NCBI GenBank assembly: GCA_035516415.1
Contig: DATJAI010000061.1
Location: forward strand, 4,146-68,145
Length of the DNA: 64,000 nt
From: Candidatus Binatia bacterium
GTDB taxonomy: Bacteria; Acidobacteriota; Terriglobia; Terriglobales; Acidobacteriaceae
Direction: 5' to 3'
Shown: positions 44,877 through 53,119 of the stretch, one piece after another
Layout: each line of letters starts with the position of its first letter
Position numbering within the stretch: the first letter of the stretch is position 1
Program-made: the position numbers and the translations under genes
Notes under the pieces: generated by a model
The model's database searches: none
Seen by the model: only the letters and a program-made list of their open reading frames with translations
Told to the model about the DNA's origin: nothing

Positions 44877-46928
44877 ATGCAACGTTTCACGCTCAGCCTT
44901 GCTGTCCTGCTGCTCGCCGGGATCGCCGTCCAGGCGCAAACCAACGCCGCGTCGGCCTCCTCCGCCGATCAGCTCAAGCCCATGGTCAGCTTCGATGTCA
45001 ACGCCATGGACAAGTCAGTCGATCCCTGCAACGACTTCTACCAGTACGCCTGCGGCAACTGGATCAGGAACAATCCCATTCCTGCCGATCAGCCGTCCTG
45101 GGGCCGCTTTCACGAGTTGCACGAGCACAACCAGGCAGTGCTGCGCGAGATTCTGGAGAAGCGCTCGGCCGACGATCCCGGGCGCAGCCCGAACGATCAG
45201 AAGATCGGCGACTACTACTCCTCCTGCATGGATGAAGCTGCGATCAACGCGAAGGGAACGGCTCCGCTGAAGCCGGTGCTGGATCGCATCGACGCCCTGA
45301 GCGACAGGAACCAGCTGCCGGCGCTGATCGGCTACCTGCACGACAGCGGCGTGCGCGCGATGTTCCGCTTCTCCTCCGAGCCCGACGCTAGGGACTCGAC
45401 GATGGAGATTGCCGACACCGACCAGGGCGGACTCGGCCTGCCGGATCGCGACTATTACCTCAAGAGCGACGAAAAGTCGGTCGAGCTGCGCAAGGCCTAC
45501 GTCGCCCATATCGCGAAGATGTTCGAGCTGCTGGGCGAGCCGTCTGAAAAGGCTTCGGCCGACGCGAACACGGTGATGACCATCGAAACCGAACTGGCGA
45601 AGGCCTCCATGGATCGCGTGGAGCGTCGCGATCCCAACAAGATCTATCACAAGATGACCACGGCGGAACTTCAGCAGCTCAGCCCGGCCTTCACCTGGAA
45701 GGAGTACTTCGCCGCCATCAAGGGGCCCAGCTTCAGCAGCCTTAACGTCTCCGTCCCCGATTTCGTCAAAGGGATGAATCAGGCGATCGCCAGCGCGAGC
45801 CTGGATGATGTGAAGACGTATCTGCGCTGGCAGGCTGTGCACAGCGCCGCCCAGTTGCTGTCGGCCGCATTCGTGGACGAGAACTTCAACTTCTTCGGCA
45901 GGACGCTGACGGGAGCCAAGGAGCTGCGGCCGCGCTGGAAGCGCTGCGTCGACTTCGCCGATGGCGATCTGGGCGAGGCGCTGGGCAAGGCTTATGTTGC
46001 CGGGGAGTTTCCGCCGGACAGCAAAGCGGCCACGCTGAAGATGGTGCACGAGCTCGAAGCCGCGCTGAAGACTGACATCGGCGGACTGTCATGGATGACG
46101 CCGGAGACAAAGCAGCAGGCACTCGACAAGCTGGCGCACATCGCCAACAAGATCGGCTATCCCGACAAATGGCGCGACTACAGCACGCTGACCGTCGTCC
46201 GCGGCGACGCCCTGGGCAACTCCCTGCGCGCCGCCGAGTTCGAGTTCAAACGCCAGTTGAGCAAAATCGGCAAGCCGGTGGACCGCAGCGAATGGGGCAT
46301 GACGCCGCCCACCGTCAACGCCTACTACCGCTCCCTGGAAAACAACATCAACTTCCCGGCGGGAATCCTGCAGCCGCCGTTCTACGATCCGAAGATCGAC
46401 AATGCGGTGAACTTCGGCGCCATCGGCGCGGTCATCGGGCATGAGCTCACTCATGGCTTCGACGACGCGGGCAGCCAGTTCGACGCCAACGGCAACCTGC
46501 GCAACTGGTGGACGGCGAAGGACCGCGAGCAGTTCGACAGCCTGGAGGCGTGTTTCGTCAACGAGTACGACAGCTTCGTGGCGGTTGACGACGTGCATGT
46601 GCGCGGCAAACTCACCCTGGGCGAGAACACCGCGGACAACGGCGGGCTGCGGATCGCGCACATGGCGCTGCTGGATGTGCTGGCCGCCACTCCGGAAAAG
46701 CCGGCTGACGGCTTCACCCCCGACCAGCGCTTCTTCGTGGGCTGGGCGCAGATCTGGTGCCAGAACGAGCGTCCCGAATATGCCCGCATGATGGCCCAGG
46801 TGAACCCGCACTCGCCCGGCAAGTATCGCGTCAACGGCGTGGTCGGCAACATGCCGGAGTTCCAGAAGGCCTTCGGCTGCAAAGCCGATGCACCGATGAT
46901 TCGCAAGCCGGCATGTCGCACATGGTGA
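44877..46928 (+). CDS. M13-family zinc metallopeptidase (PepO / endothelin-converting-enzyme-like), secreted
   Basis: Signal MQRFTLSLAVLLLAGIAVQAQ. DPCNDFYQYACGNW, NAYY, VIGHELTHGFDD (HExxH), ENTADNGG. Confidence 0.9.
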   Translation: MQRFTLSLAVLLLAGIAVQAQTNAASASSADQLKPMVSFDVNAMDKSVDPCNDFYQYACGNWIRNNPIPADQPSWGRFHELHEHNQAVLREILEKRSADDPGRSPNDQKIGDYYSSCMDEAAINAKGTAPLKPVLDRIDALSDRNQLPALIGYLHDSGVRAMFRFSSEPDARDSTMEIADTDQGGLGLPDRDYYLKSDEKSVELRKAYVAHIAKMFELLGEPSEKASADANTVMTIETELAKASMDRVERRDPNKIYHKMTTAELQQLSPAFTWKEYFAAIKGPSFSSLNVSVPDFVKGMNQAIASASLDDVKTYLRWQAVHSAAQLLSAAFVDENFNFFGRTLTGAKELRPRWKRCVDFADGDLGEALGKAYVAGEFPPDSKAATLKMVHELEAALKTDIGGLSWMTPETKQQALDKLAHIANKIGYPDKWRDYSTLTVVRGDALGNSLRAAEFEFKRQLSKIGKPVDRSEWGMTPPTVNAYYRSLENNINFPAGILQPPFYDPKIDNAVNFGAIGAVIGHELTHGFDDAGSQFDANGNLRNWWTAKDREQFDSLEACFVNEYDSFVAVDDVHVRGKLTLGENTADNGGLRIAHMALLDVLAATPEKPADGFTPDQRFFVGWAQIWCQNERPEYARMMAQVNPHSPGKYRVNGVVGNMPEFQKAFGCKADAPMIRKPACRTW

Positions 46929-46946
46929 TGCGGGGGAGTTGATGGT

Positions 46947-46979
46947 GGTGAGCGGATAGCGGATGCCACTCCGCTCACC
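46947..46979 (+). terminator. Hairpin GGTGAGCGG-(15 nt)-CCGCTCACC, 19 nt after the peptidase stop
   Basis: 9-bp perfect stem read directly. No T-run. Covers ORF-track ATG 46963. Confidence 0.4.
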
Positions 46980-46989
46980 CAGCATCTCG

Positions 46990-47031
46990 CTCGCCACTAG
47001 TCACTCATCACTCTCCGCTAACCGCTGGTTT
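46990..47031. repeat. Heptad-periodic tract, 6 units (ctcgcca ctagtca ctcatca ctctccg ctaaccg ctggttt)
   Basis: Read directly. Confidence 0.6.
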
Positions 47032-47049
47032 ATAGTGTTCTGTGGCCCA

Positions 47050-48276
47050 GTGAAATCCCTCCGTTGTCATTCCAGACGAACTCTGCTGGCATTCGCCCTG
47101 CTGTTGCTGGCGCTGGTCCCCGCCTGCAAACGCCATGGTATTGCTCATCATGAATACATGTATGTCTCGGCGGCAGAAACCAGCCTGCGCGACCGCGTCG
47201 CCACCATGTACAACAAGGTTGGGAGCGTACATAACGGCGAACGCGTCGAAATTCTGGAGAAGCAGCGGCGGTTCGTGCGTGTGCGTACCGACGCTGGCCA
47301 GGAAGGATGGATCGAGGAGCGCAGCCTGGTCCCGCAGGACGTCTATGACAGCTTCCAGAAGCTGGCGCAGGACAATGCCAACACTCCGGTACAGGCACAC
47401 GGCACCACGCGGGCCGAGCTCAACATCCACCTGACGCCCGCGCGCGAAGCCGAGCACCTCTATCAGCTCAAGGATGGCGAGAAGATCGACATCCTGCGGC
47501 GCGCCACCGCCGAGAAGAACCCGCCGAAAGCTCCGAAGCCCGCGCCGCCCCCGCCGCCTGCTCCGACGAAGCGCGGCAGCAGGCAGCAGAAACCCGGCGC
47601 CCCTGCACCACAGACGAAAGCGGAACTCGCAGCCAAACCAGCTTCGGCGAAAGCGCCGGGCGCGGCAAATCCGAAGCACGACGAGCAGCCGCCTCCCCCA
47701 CCCATCATGGAGGACTGGTATCTGGTGCGCAGTCCTTCGGGACATGTGGGCTGGGTGTTGTTGCGCATGGTCGACCTCGACATCCCGGTCGATGTGGCGC
47801 AATACGCCGAGGGTCAGCGCATCATCGGCTACTTCGTTCTGAACACGGTGGAGGAGGAAGGAAAGCCGCAGCCGCAGTATCTTGTTCTGCTGAACGAGCC
47901 CAAGGACGGGCTCGCATGGGACTACAACCAGATTCGCATCTTTACCCGCAATCGCGCGCGCCACCGTTACGAGACCGCCTATCGCGAGCGCAACCTTCAA
48001 GGCTACCTGCCCGTGAGAGTCGGACACCAGGACTTTGGCAAGGAAGGCGATCTGCCCACCTTCACCATCCGCAAGACAAACGACGAAGGGCAAATCGTGG
48101 AAGTGACCTACAAGCTCAACGGCCCCATCGTGCGGCGCGTGCTCTCGCCTGAGGAAGAAGCGGCGGAGAAGGCGAAGCACGACGCCGCTGTCGCCCAGCG
48201 CATGAAGGAGCGGGCCGCCTGGCGGGCCCAGCATCCCGGCCAGGCGCCGGCCCACAAGCGCCGCAAACATCAATAG
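47050..48276 (+). CDS. SH3b-domain lipoprotein with Pro/Ala/Lys-rich linker
   Basis: Lipobox LALVPAC. SH3-like segments GERVEILEKQRRFVRVRTDAGQEGWIE, DGEKIDILRRA and WYLVRSPSGHVGWV. GTG 47050 is preferred over ATG 46963, which lies in the hairpin/heptad region. Confidence 0.65.
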   Translation: MKSLRCHSRRTLLAFALLLLALVPACKRHGIAHHEYMYVSAAETSLRDRVATMYNKVGSVHNGERVEILEKQRRFVRVRTDAGQEGWIEERSLVPQDVYDSFQKLAQDNANTPVQAHGTTRAELNIHLTPAREAEHLYQLKDGEKIDILRRATAEKNPPKAPKPAPPPPPAPTKRGSRQQKPGAPAPQTKAELAAKPASAKAPGAANPKHDEQPPPPPIMEDWYLVRSPSGHVGWVLLRMVDLDIPVDVAQYAEGQRIIGYFVLNTVEEEGKPQPQYLVLLNEPKDGLAWDYNQIRIFTRNRARHRYETAYRERNLQGYLPVRVGHQDFGKEGDLPTFTIRKTNDEGQIVEVTYKLNGPIVRRVLSPEEEAAEKAKHDAAVAQRMKERAAWRAQHPGQAPAHKRRKHQ

Positions 48277-48467
48277 CCGCCGGAGCGAGAGTCTCGGTCA
48301 GGGCACGACGGCTGCCACTCTACGCCGTTTCCGAGTTGCGCTTTTCAGCAAATCCATCGCCTGTCGGCGGATCCACCGGTTGCTGTATGCGAACCTCCAG
48401 CGCCAACCGGCAATCAGCAGCTGACAACTGCTGCCCGAGCGGGCCCATCCAAGTGTCGGGAGGCAAA

Positions 48468-48701
48468 ATGGCCGAGAAAGTCAAACAGCTGAACCTGCCG
48501 CGCGACTATAAGAAGTACCTGTACTTCATCGACGGCGAGGGCAACGTCTGCCAGAAGCCGAAGTCGGGCGAAGGCGAATCGAAGGTGCTGGTCAAAAACG
48601 CCGTCGGGCGCGACAACAGTTACCTGTACTTCATCGACAAGGAAGGGGACATATCCCGCTCTCCGCGCGGGTCGCGCGGAGCCGGCAGGAAAGCGGCCTG
48701 A
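48468..48701 (+). CDS. Small basic protein (77 aa) with an internal duplication YLYFID-x-EG-x-[VI]
   Basis: GGGAGG lies 5 nt upstream of ATG 48468. Repeats DYKKYLYFIDGEGNVCQKP and DNSYLYFIDKEGDISRSP. Confidence 0.5.
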   Translation: MAEKVKQLNLPRDYKKYLYFIDGEGNVCQKPKSGEGESKVLVKNAVGRDNSYLYFIDKEGDISRSPRGSRGAGRKAA

Positions 48702-48725
48702 CGCGCTGCTCGCCCACCACCGGCC

Positions 48726-50408
48726 GTGCCATTTTCCAGCGCTGACTTTCACATCTTTCGCCATGCCTCGCGCCGGCTGCCTGCCGCTGGCATGGTGGCA
48801 CGTCTGCGAAGCGAACTCGCCCGCCTGCCCGCCCGCCCCTGCGACGACGATCTCGTCCATCTGCTGCTTCTGGCCGGCGACCTGGAGTGCGCTTTGCACG
48901 ACGCCGGAAGTCCGCCCGCCGCCCTCGAAGCCGCATCACGCTTGACCGACCTTCTGGCGCAAGCCGCTCTCGCCAGGGAATCGCATTGCCCGCTCGATCC
49001 TCGGCAGCCTGCGTTGACCGCATCGCAAACTCTCGGGCAGATCACACCGTCCGGCATGGTCAGCGTCAGCGTGCCCGAAGGATTTGCCTGGTACGCGCTG
49101 CATCCGCTCGACTTCGCCGACGTTGTCGGGAGGCTGGAACTGGCGGCGCCCGAGATCTTTGTGATTGGCATCCGCACCATTGGAACCACGCTGAGCGCGG
49201 TTGTAGCCGCAGAGCTGGTTCGGATGGGGATTCGGGCGCAGCGCGCAACCGTCCGCCCGACGGGCCACCCCTACTACCGGAGCTGCGAGTTCGATCCGCG
49301 GCAACGGCAGAGCATTGCCAGGGCCGTTTCGTCCCACTCCGCATTCCTGATCTGCGACGAAGGCCCGGGACGCAGCGGATCCTCCTTCCTGTCGGTAGCT
49401 GAAGCGCTGGAGCGCCAGGGCGTTCCCCGTGAGCGCATTTCCATCCTCTGCTCGCACGAAGTGGACATCAGCGCGCTGTGCGCTCCTGATGCTGCACGCA
49501 GGTGGATGCGCTACCGTTCTGTCGCCATCGGTATGACCCGGCGGCTGCCTCCGGATACGGGCGATTTCCTCGGCGGCGGCGACTGGCGCGGGAAACTGCT
49601 CGCGCCGGGCGACCCATGGCCCGCCCTCTGGCCCCTGGCCGAGCGTGTGCAGTATCTGTCACACGACCGGCAAAAGCTGCTGATGTTTGAAGGTCATGGG
49701 CCTTGGGGAGGGCCGGTGCGCAGCCGCAATCAGGCGCTCTCCGACGGCGGCTTTGGGCTCCCTTACCTGGGCCACCAGCTGGGTTTCGGAGTGTTTTCCC
49801 TCCCACCGGGACGGCTTGCCCGCCGCGATGATCTTTCGCCGGAGTTGCTCACCCGCATGGCCCAATATTGCGCCTGGCGTGCACGGCATTTTCCGGCTGA
49901 CAACACCAGCAGCGATGGCCTGCCGGATGCGACACGCGCCAACTTCGAGCTCGAGTTTGGCTCCGCTCTCGATGATTTTGCGCTTGCCGTGGAACGGCCG
50001 GTCATCTGCGACGCGCGCATGGCGCCACATTACTGGTTCAACCCGCCAGGCGGCCGCTGGCTTAAACTGGACGCGGCCGTTCACGGCGACGATCATTTCT
50101 TCCCCGGTCCATGTGACATCGCCTGGGACCTGGCGGGAACCGTCGTCGAATGGGAGCTGTCCGGCTCCGCGCGCGAATTCCTGCTCTCCGCATACCGGCG
50201 CTTGAGCGGCGACGATGCGTCAGAACGGCTCGCGTCCTGGGAATTCGCCTACGCGCTCTTTCGGCTTGCGTGGTCAAAGATGGCAGCCGTTTCTCTCCCG
50301 GAAGGCGATGAGCGACAAAGGCTGCTGCACGATTACCTCCGCTATCGCCGTATTGCCGAAGCGCTGCAACCGGCCGCAGCCACCTTCTCTGCTGGAGCTC
50401 GCCTTTGA
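48726..50408 (+). CDS. Uncharacterised 560-aa protein: PRTase-like N-terminal half and protein-kinase-like (APH/choline-kinase-like) C-terminal half
   Basis: IFVIGIRTIGTTLSAVVAAEL...AFLICDEGPGRSGSSFLSVAEAL is PRTase-like. ...WLKLDAAVHGDDHFFPGPCDIAWDLAG... resembles the APH-type Dxx..D..DLA region. Domain calls are by eye only. Confidence 0.55.
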   Translation: MPFSSADFHIFRHASRRLPAAGMVARLRSELARLPARPCDDDLVHLLLLAGDLECALHDAGSPPAALEAASRLTDLLAQAALARESHCPLDPRQPALTASQTLGQITPSGMVSVSVPEGFAWYALHPLDFADVVGRLELAAPEIFVIGIRTIGTTLSAVVAAELVRMGIRAQRATVRPTGHPYYRSCEFDPRQRQSIARAVSSHSAFLICDEGPGRSGSSFLSVAEALERQGVPRERISILCSHEVDISALCAPDAARRWMRYRSVAIGMTRRLPPDTGDFLGGGDWRGKLLAPGDPWPALWPLAERVQYLSHDRQKLLMFEGHGPWGGPVRSRNQALSDGGFGLPYLGHQLGFGVFSLPPGRLARRDDLSPELLTRMAQYCAWRARHFPADNTSSDGLPDATRANFELEFGSALDDFALAVERPVICDARMAPHYWFNPPGGRWLKLDAAVHGDDHFFPGPCDIAWDLAGTVVEWELSGSAREFLLSAYRRLSGDDASERLASWEFAYALFRLAWSKMAAVSLPEGDERQRLLHDYLRYRRIAEALQPAAATFSAGARL

Positions 50409-50447
50409 AGCGACGCAGCTTTAGCTGCACCGTCAAAATTTGTTTAT

Positions 50448-51662
50448 TTACTGCCTGCTGTAAAAATCCGAGATTGCACCCACCACCCGCTGCTGCTCGT
50501 CCTCTCGCAGTTCAGGAAACATCGGCAGCGCCAGCACCTCCCTCGCCGCACGCTCCGATTCCGGCAGATCGCCCGCCCGGTATCCCAGATACGCGAAGCA
50601 CTCCTGCAGATGCAGTGGCACAGGATAGTAAATCTCGGTCACGATGCCGCGCTCGGCGAGAAAAATGCGAAGCTCGTCGCGCCGCAGTGCGCGAATCACG
50701 AATTGATGATAGATGTGATGCGCGTCCGCAGAGGCTGACAACAGCACGATTGGCGCCTCTCGCGTGACTGTCGTCGCGCCCGCGTGTATCAATCCGGCAC
50801 CGGCGAGCAGGCCATGATAGCGGCACGCCAGAGTCCTCCGCTGCTCGTTCCATTCATCGATGTGTTTCAGCTTCACCCGCAACACCGCGGCCTGCATCGC
50901 GTCCAGCCGGCTGTTCCAGCCGATTTCGCGGTGATAATAACGCCGCTCGCTGCCGTGGTTCCGCAGTCGTCTTACGTAGGCCGCAAGGTCTTCGTCATCC
51001 GTGGTTACGCATCCGGCGTCGCCGTACGCGCTCAGATTCTTTGTGGGATAGAAGCTGAACGCCGCGATCTTCCCCAGCGTGCCTGCCTTCCTGCCTCCCC
51101 AGGCCGAGCCGAAGGCCTGCGCCGCATCTTCCACAATCGGCAGTCCATGGCCGCTGGCCAACTGGCCGAAGCGGTTCATATCGGCGCACTGTCCGTACAG
51201 GTGTACGGGCAGGATCGCGCGGATGTTCTGACTGCGGCCCCGCTTCACCGCAGCCTCGGTCCGGTGCGGGTCCAGGTTCAGCGTCGCCGGATCGACGTCG
51301 GCCAGAATCGGAGTCGCGCCGCAGCGCACGATCGAACTGACAGTGGAAAAAAAACTGAACGGCGTGGTGACGACGCTGGTGTTCTGCTCGACGCCGCACG
51401 CGCGCAGCGCGAGCCATAGCGCGTCCGTCCCCGAGGCGCACCCAACGCAGCACGCAACGTCCAGATATTGCGCCGACTCGCGCTCGAACGCCTCCACCTC
51501 CGGGCCGCCAGTAAAATGCTGGCTCGCGAGCACCCGCTCCAGGGCGGCGGCTATCTCGTGCCTGATGCCCTCGTACTGCCGTTTAAGATCGAGCAGCGGT
51601 ATGGCTTCGTGCCGCGCATCGGGCGGAGAAGGGGCGGGATTCCGGGCTGGATTCACCGGCAT
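50448..51662 (-). CDS. DegT/DnrJ/EryC1/StrS-family sugar aminotransferase
   Basis: FTGGPEVEAFE, GCASGTDALWLAL, FSFYPTKNLSAYGDAG (PLP lysine). Confidence 0.9.
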   Translation of the reverse strand: MPVNPARNPAPSPPDARHEAIPLLDLKRQYEGIRHEIAAALERVLASQHFTGGPEVEAFERESAQYLDVACCVGCASGTDALWLALRACGVEQNTSVVTTPFSFFSTVSSIVRCGATPILADVDPATLNLDPHRTEAAVKRGRSQNIRAILPVHLYGQCADMNRFGQLASGHGLPIVEDAAQAFGSAWGGRKAGTLGKIAAFSFYPTKNLSAYGDAGCVTTDDEDLAAYVRRLRNHGSERRYYHREIGWNSRLDAMQAAVLRVKLKHIDEWNEQRRTLACRYHGLLAGAGLIHAGATTVTREAPIVLLSASADAHHIYHQFVIRALRRDELRIFLAERGIVTEIYYPVPLHLQECFAYLGYRAGDLPESERAAREVLALPMFPELREDEQQRVVGAISDFYSRQ

Positions 51663-51705
51663 AGCGAAGCCCTGATTCTAGCAGCGCTGCCTCTGCCCAC
51701 TGTCA

Positions 51706-52473
51706 TCACCCGCCAAACAGGATGTAATGGCTGGAGGCGCCCATAAAGAACAGCATGGGAAAGGAAGTCCAGAAGTTCAGCCGCGCTGAAAGGAAGGTCA
51801 GACGCATTGCCCTGGCAGCTTCCGGGGGCATGGCCGTGCCCTTTGCCACGCTCTCCTCCGTCCAGCGGATAATTTTCTTCTGCATGCGCCAGACAACGCC
51901 CCATACGTTCAGGAGCATGAACCAGCCCAGTCCGCCACCGATGCCGATCGATAATGTCTGGTTACTCTCCCAGCCTTGCTGGTTGAGGGTTAGGAAGATG
52001 TAACCGGCGGCGACAATCACGATAGCCATAACGACGCCCAGCACCGCGCCCTTCCGCAACACCTCGGCGGGAGACATCAGCAGCCCCATCTCCACGACAA
52101 ACGCCAGCGTCCAGATCAGAAAGAAGCTGCCCACTACCCGTCCCACCGACGGCGCCCCGCCCAGCGCAATGGCGTTGCGCGCGTCCGTGGCGACAATGTG
52201 GTTCCAGTACCCCACACCCGCCAGCACGGTCACCAGTGCACTCCAGCGGAACCACCACAGCGCTTTCGGCATCAGCCTGGGAATAACGACGGCACGCTGC
52301 TGCGTGTCGAGCTGCTGGAAAAAGGGAATGTTGACCAGGTTGAAGAAATAGAGCAGCCCCACCCAGGTAATCCCGGCCACCAGGTGGAGCCATCTAACAA
52401 CAATCAGGAGCGCCTGCGTGCCTCCGGGAAAATCCAGGTGTGGAGGGGCCAGCGACAGCAGAGGCGTGTTCAT
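51706..52473 (-). CDS. Polytopic membrane protein (resembles the N-terminal membrane domain of PuuD-type proteins; function unknown)
   Basis: VRWLHLVAGITWVGLLYFFNLVNIPFF plus about six TM segments. No cytochrome c motif. Confidence 0.55.
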   Translation of the reverse strand: MNTPLLSLAPPHLDFPGGTQALLIVVRWLHLVAGITWVGLLYFFNLVNIPFFQQLDTQQRAVVIPRLMPKALWWFRWSALVTVLAGVGYWNHIVATDARNAIALGGAPSVGRVVGSFFLIWTLAFVVEMGLLMSPAEVLRKGAVLGVVMAIVIVAAGYIFLTLNQQGWESNQTLSIGIGGGLGWFMLLNVWGVVWRMQKKIIRWTEESVAKGTAMPPEAARAMRLTFLSARLNFWTSFPMLFFMGASSHYILFGG

Positions 52474-52628
52474 TTTTCAGTCACCCGTCGTGACAGCAGG
52501 ATTGGCCAGGCACAACTCGTCCCGTTTCGGGAATTGCCTGCATTCTATGTCACTCGATGTTGTGCGCGATGCAGTTGCAATCGCTGCAAGGGTCGTCATA
52601 TCGTAATCTCGGTAGACCGTCTTTTCCA

Positions 52629-52703
52629 GCTGCCGCCCGCAAGCGACGGCAGCGGGAGAGAATCGTCTCTCCAGAACTTCGGTTCGTGCAGGGCCACGAA
52701 CCG
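52629..52703 (+). promoter_or_regulatory. Structured hfq upstream region: three consecutive hairpins
   Basis: GCTGCCG/CGGCAGC (52629..52653), GGAGAGA-atcg-TCTCTCC (52655..52672) and CGGTTCGTG-cagggc-CACGAACCG (52680..52703). A T6 run follows at 52717..52722. Confidence 0.35.
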
Positions 52704-52742
52704 CGGGGCTGTGCTGTTTTTTGCAGATTGCCGGAGGGCGCC

Positions 52743-53039
52743 ATGGAAAGCAAGCCAGCACAGAACATACAGGACTCGTTCCTGAACACCGCCCGGAAAG
52801 ACAAATCCGTCATCACCATCTATCTCCTCAGTGGAGTGAAACTGACAGGCAGAATTCGCTCTTTCGACAAGTATTCCGTGGTCCTGGAGACCAACAACCA
52901 GGAGCAGCTGATTTTCAAACACGCCATTTCCACCGTTGTTATGGCACGTGTGCCGCATATGGAGCGGCACATCGAAGCGCGGGCGGCTGCGGAAACGCCT
53001 CCTCCCGTGCCGGTCGCAACCACCAATCCTGAGGCATAA
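52743..53039 (+). CDS. hfq: RNA chaperone Hfq
   Basis: [42 protein letters not shown]...[11 protein letters not shown] (Sm1/Sm2). GGAGGG lies upstream of ATG 52743. Confidence 0.9.
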   Translation: MESKPAQNIQDSFLNTARKDKSVITIYLLSGVKLTGRIRSFDKYSVVLETNNQEQLIFKHAISTVVMARVPHMERHIEARAAAETPPPVPVATTNPEA

Positions 53040-53119
53040 GTATTTCCCGCGTTCCTGCAAGCAACTTCGGGACGAGTCGCCCCTCGTCGCAGGGCAACCA
53101 GCCGGAACGCGCCTTTCTG

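Noticed and set aside
52680-52722. Intrinsic terminator upstream of hfq (9-bp hairpin plus T6).
   Set aside because: The T-run begins 13 nt after the stem, which is too far for a canonical rho-independent terminator. It is kept only as part of the structured-leader observation.
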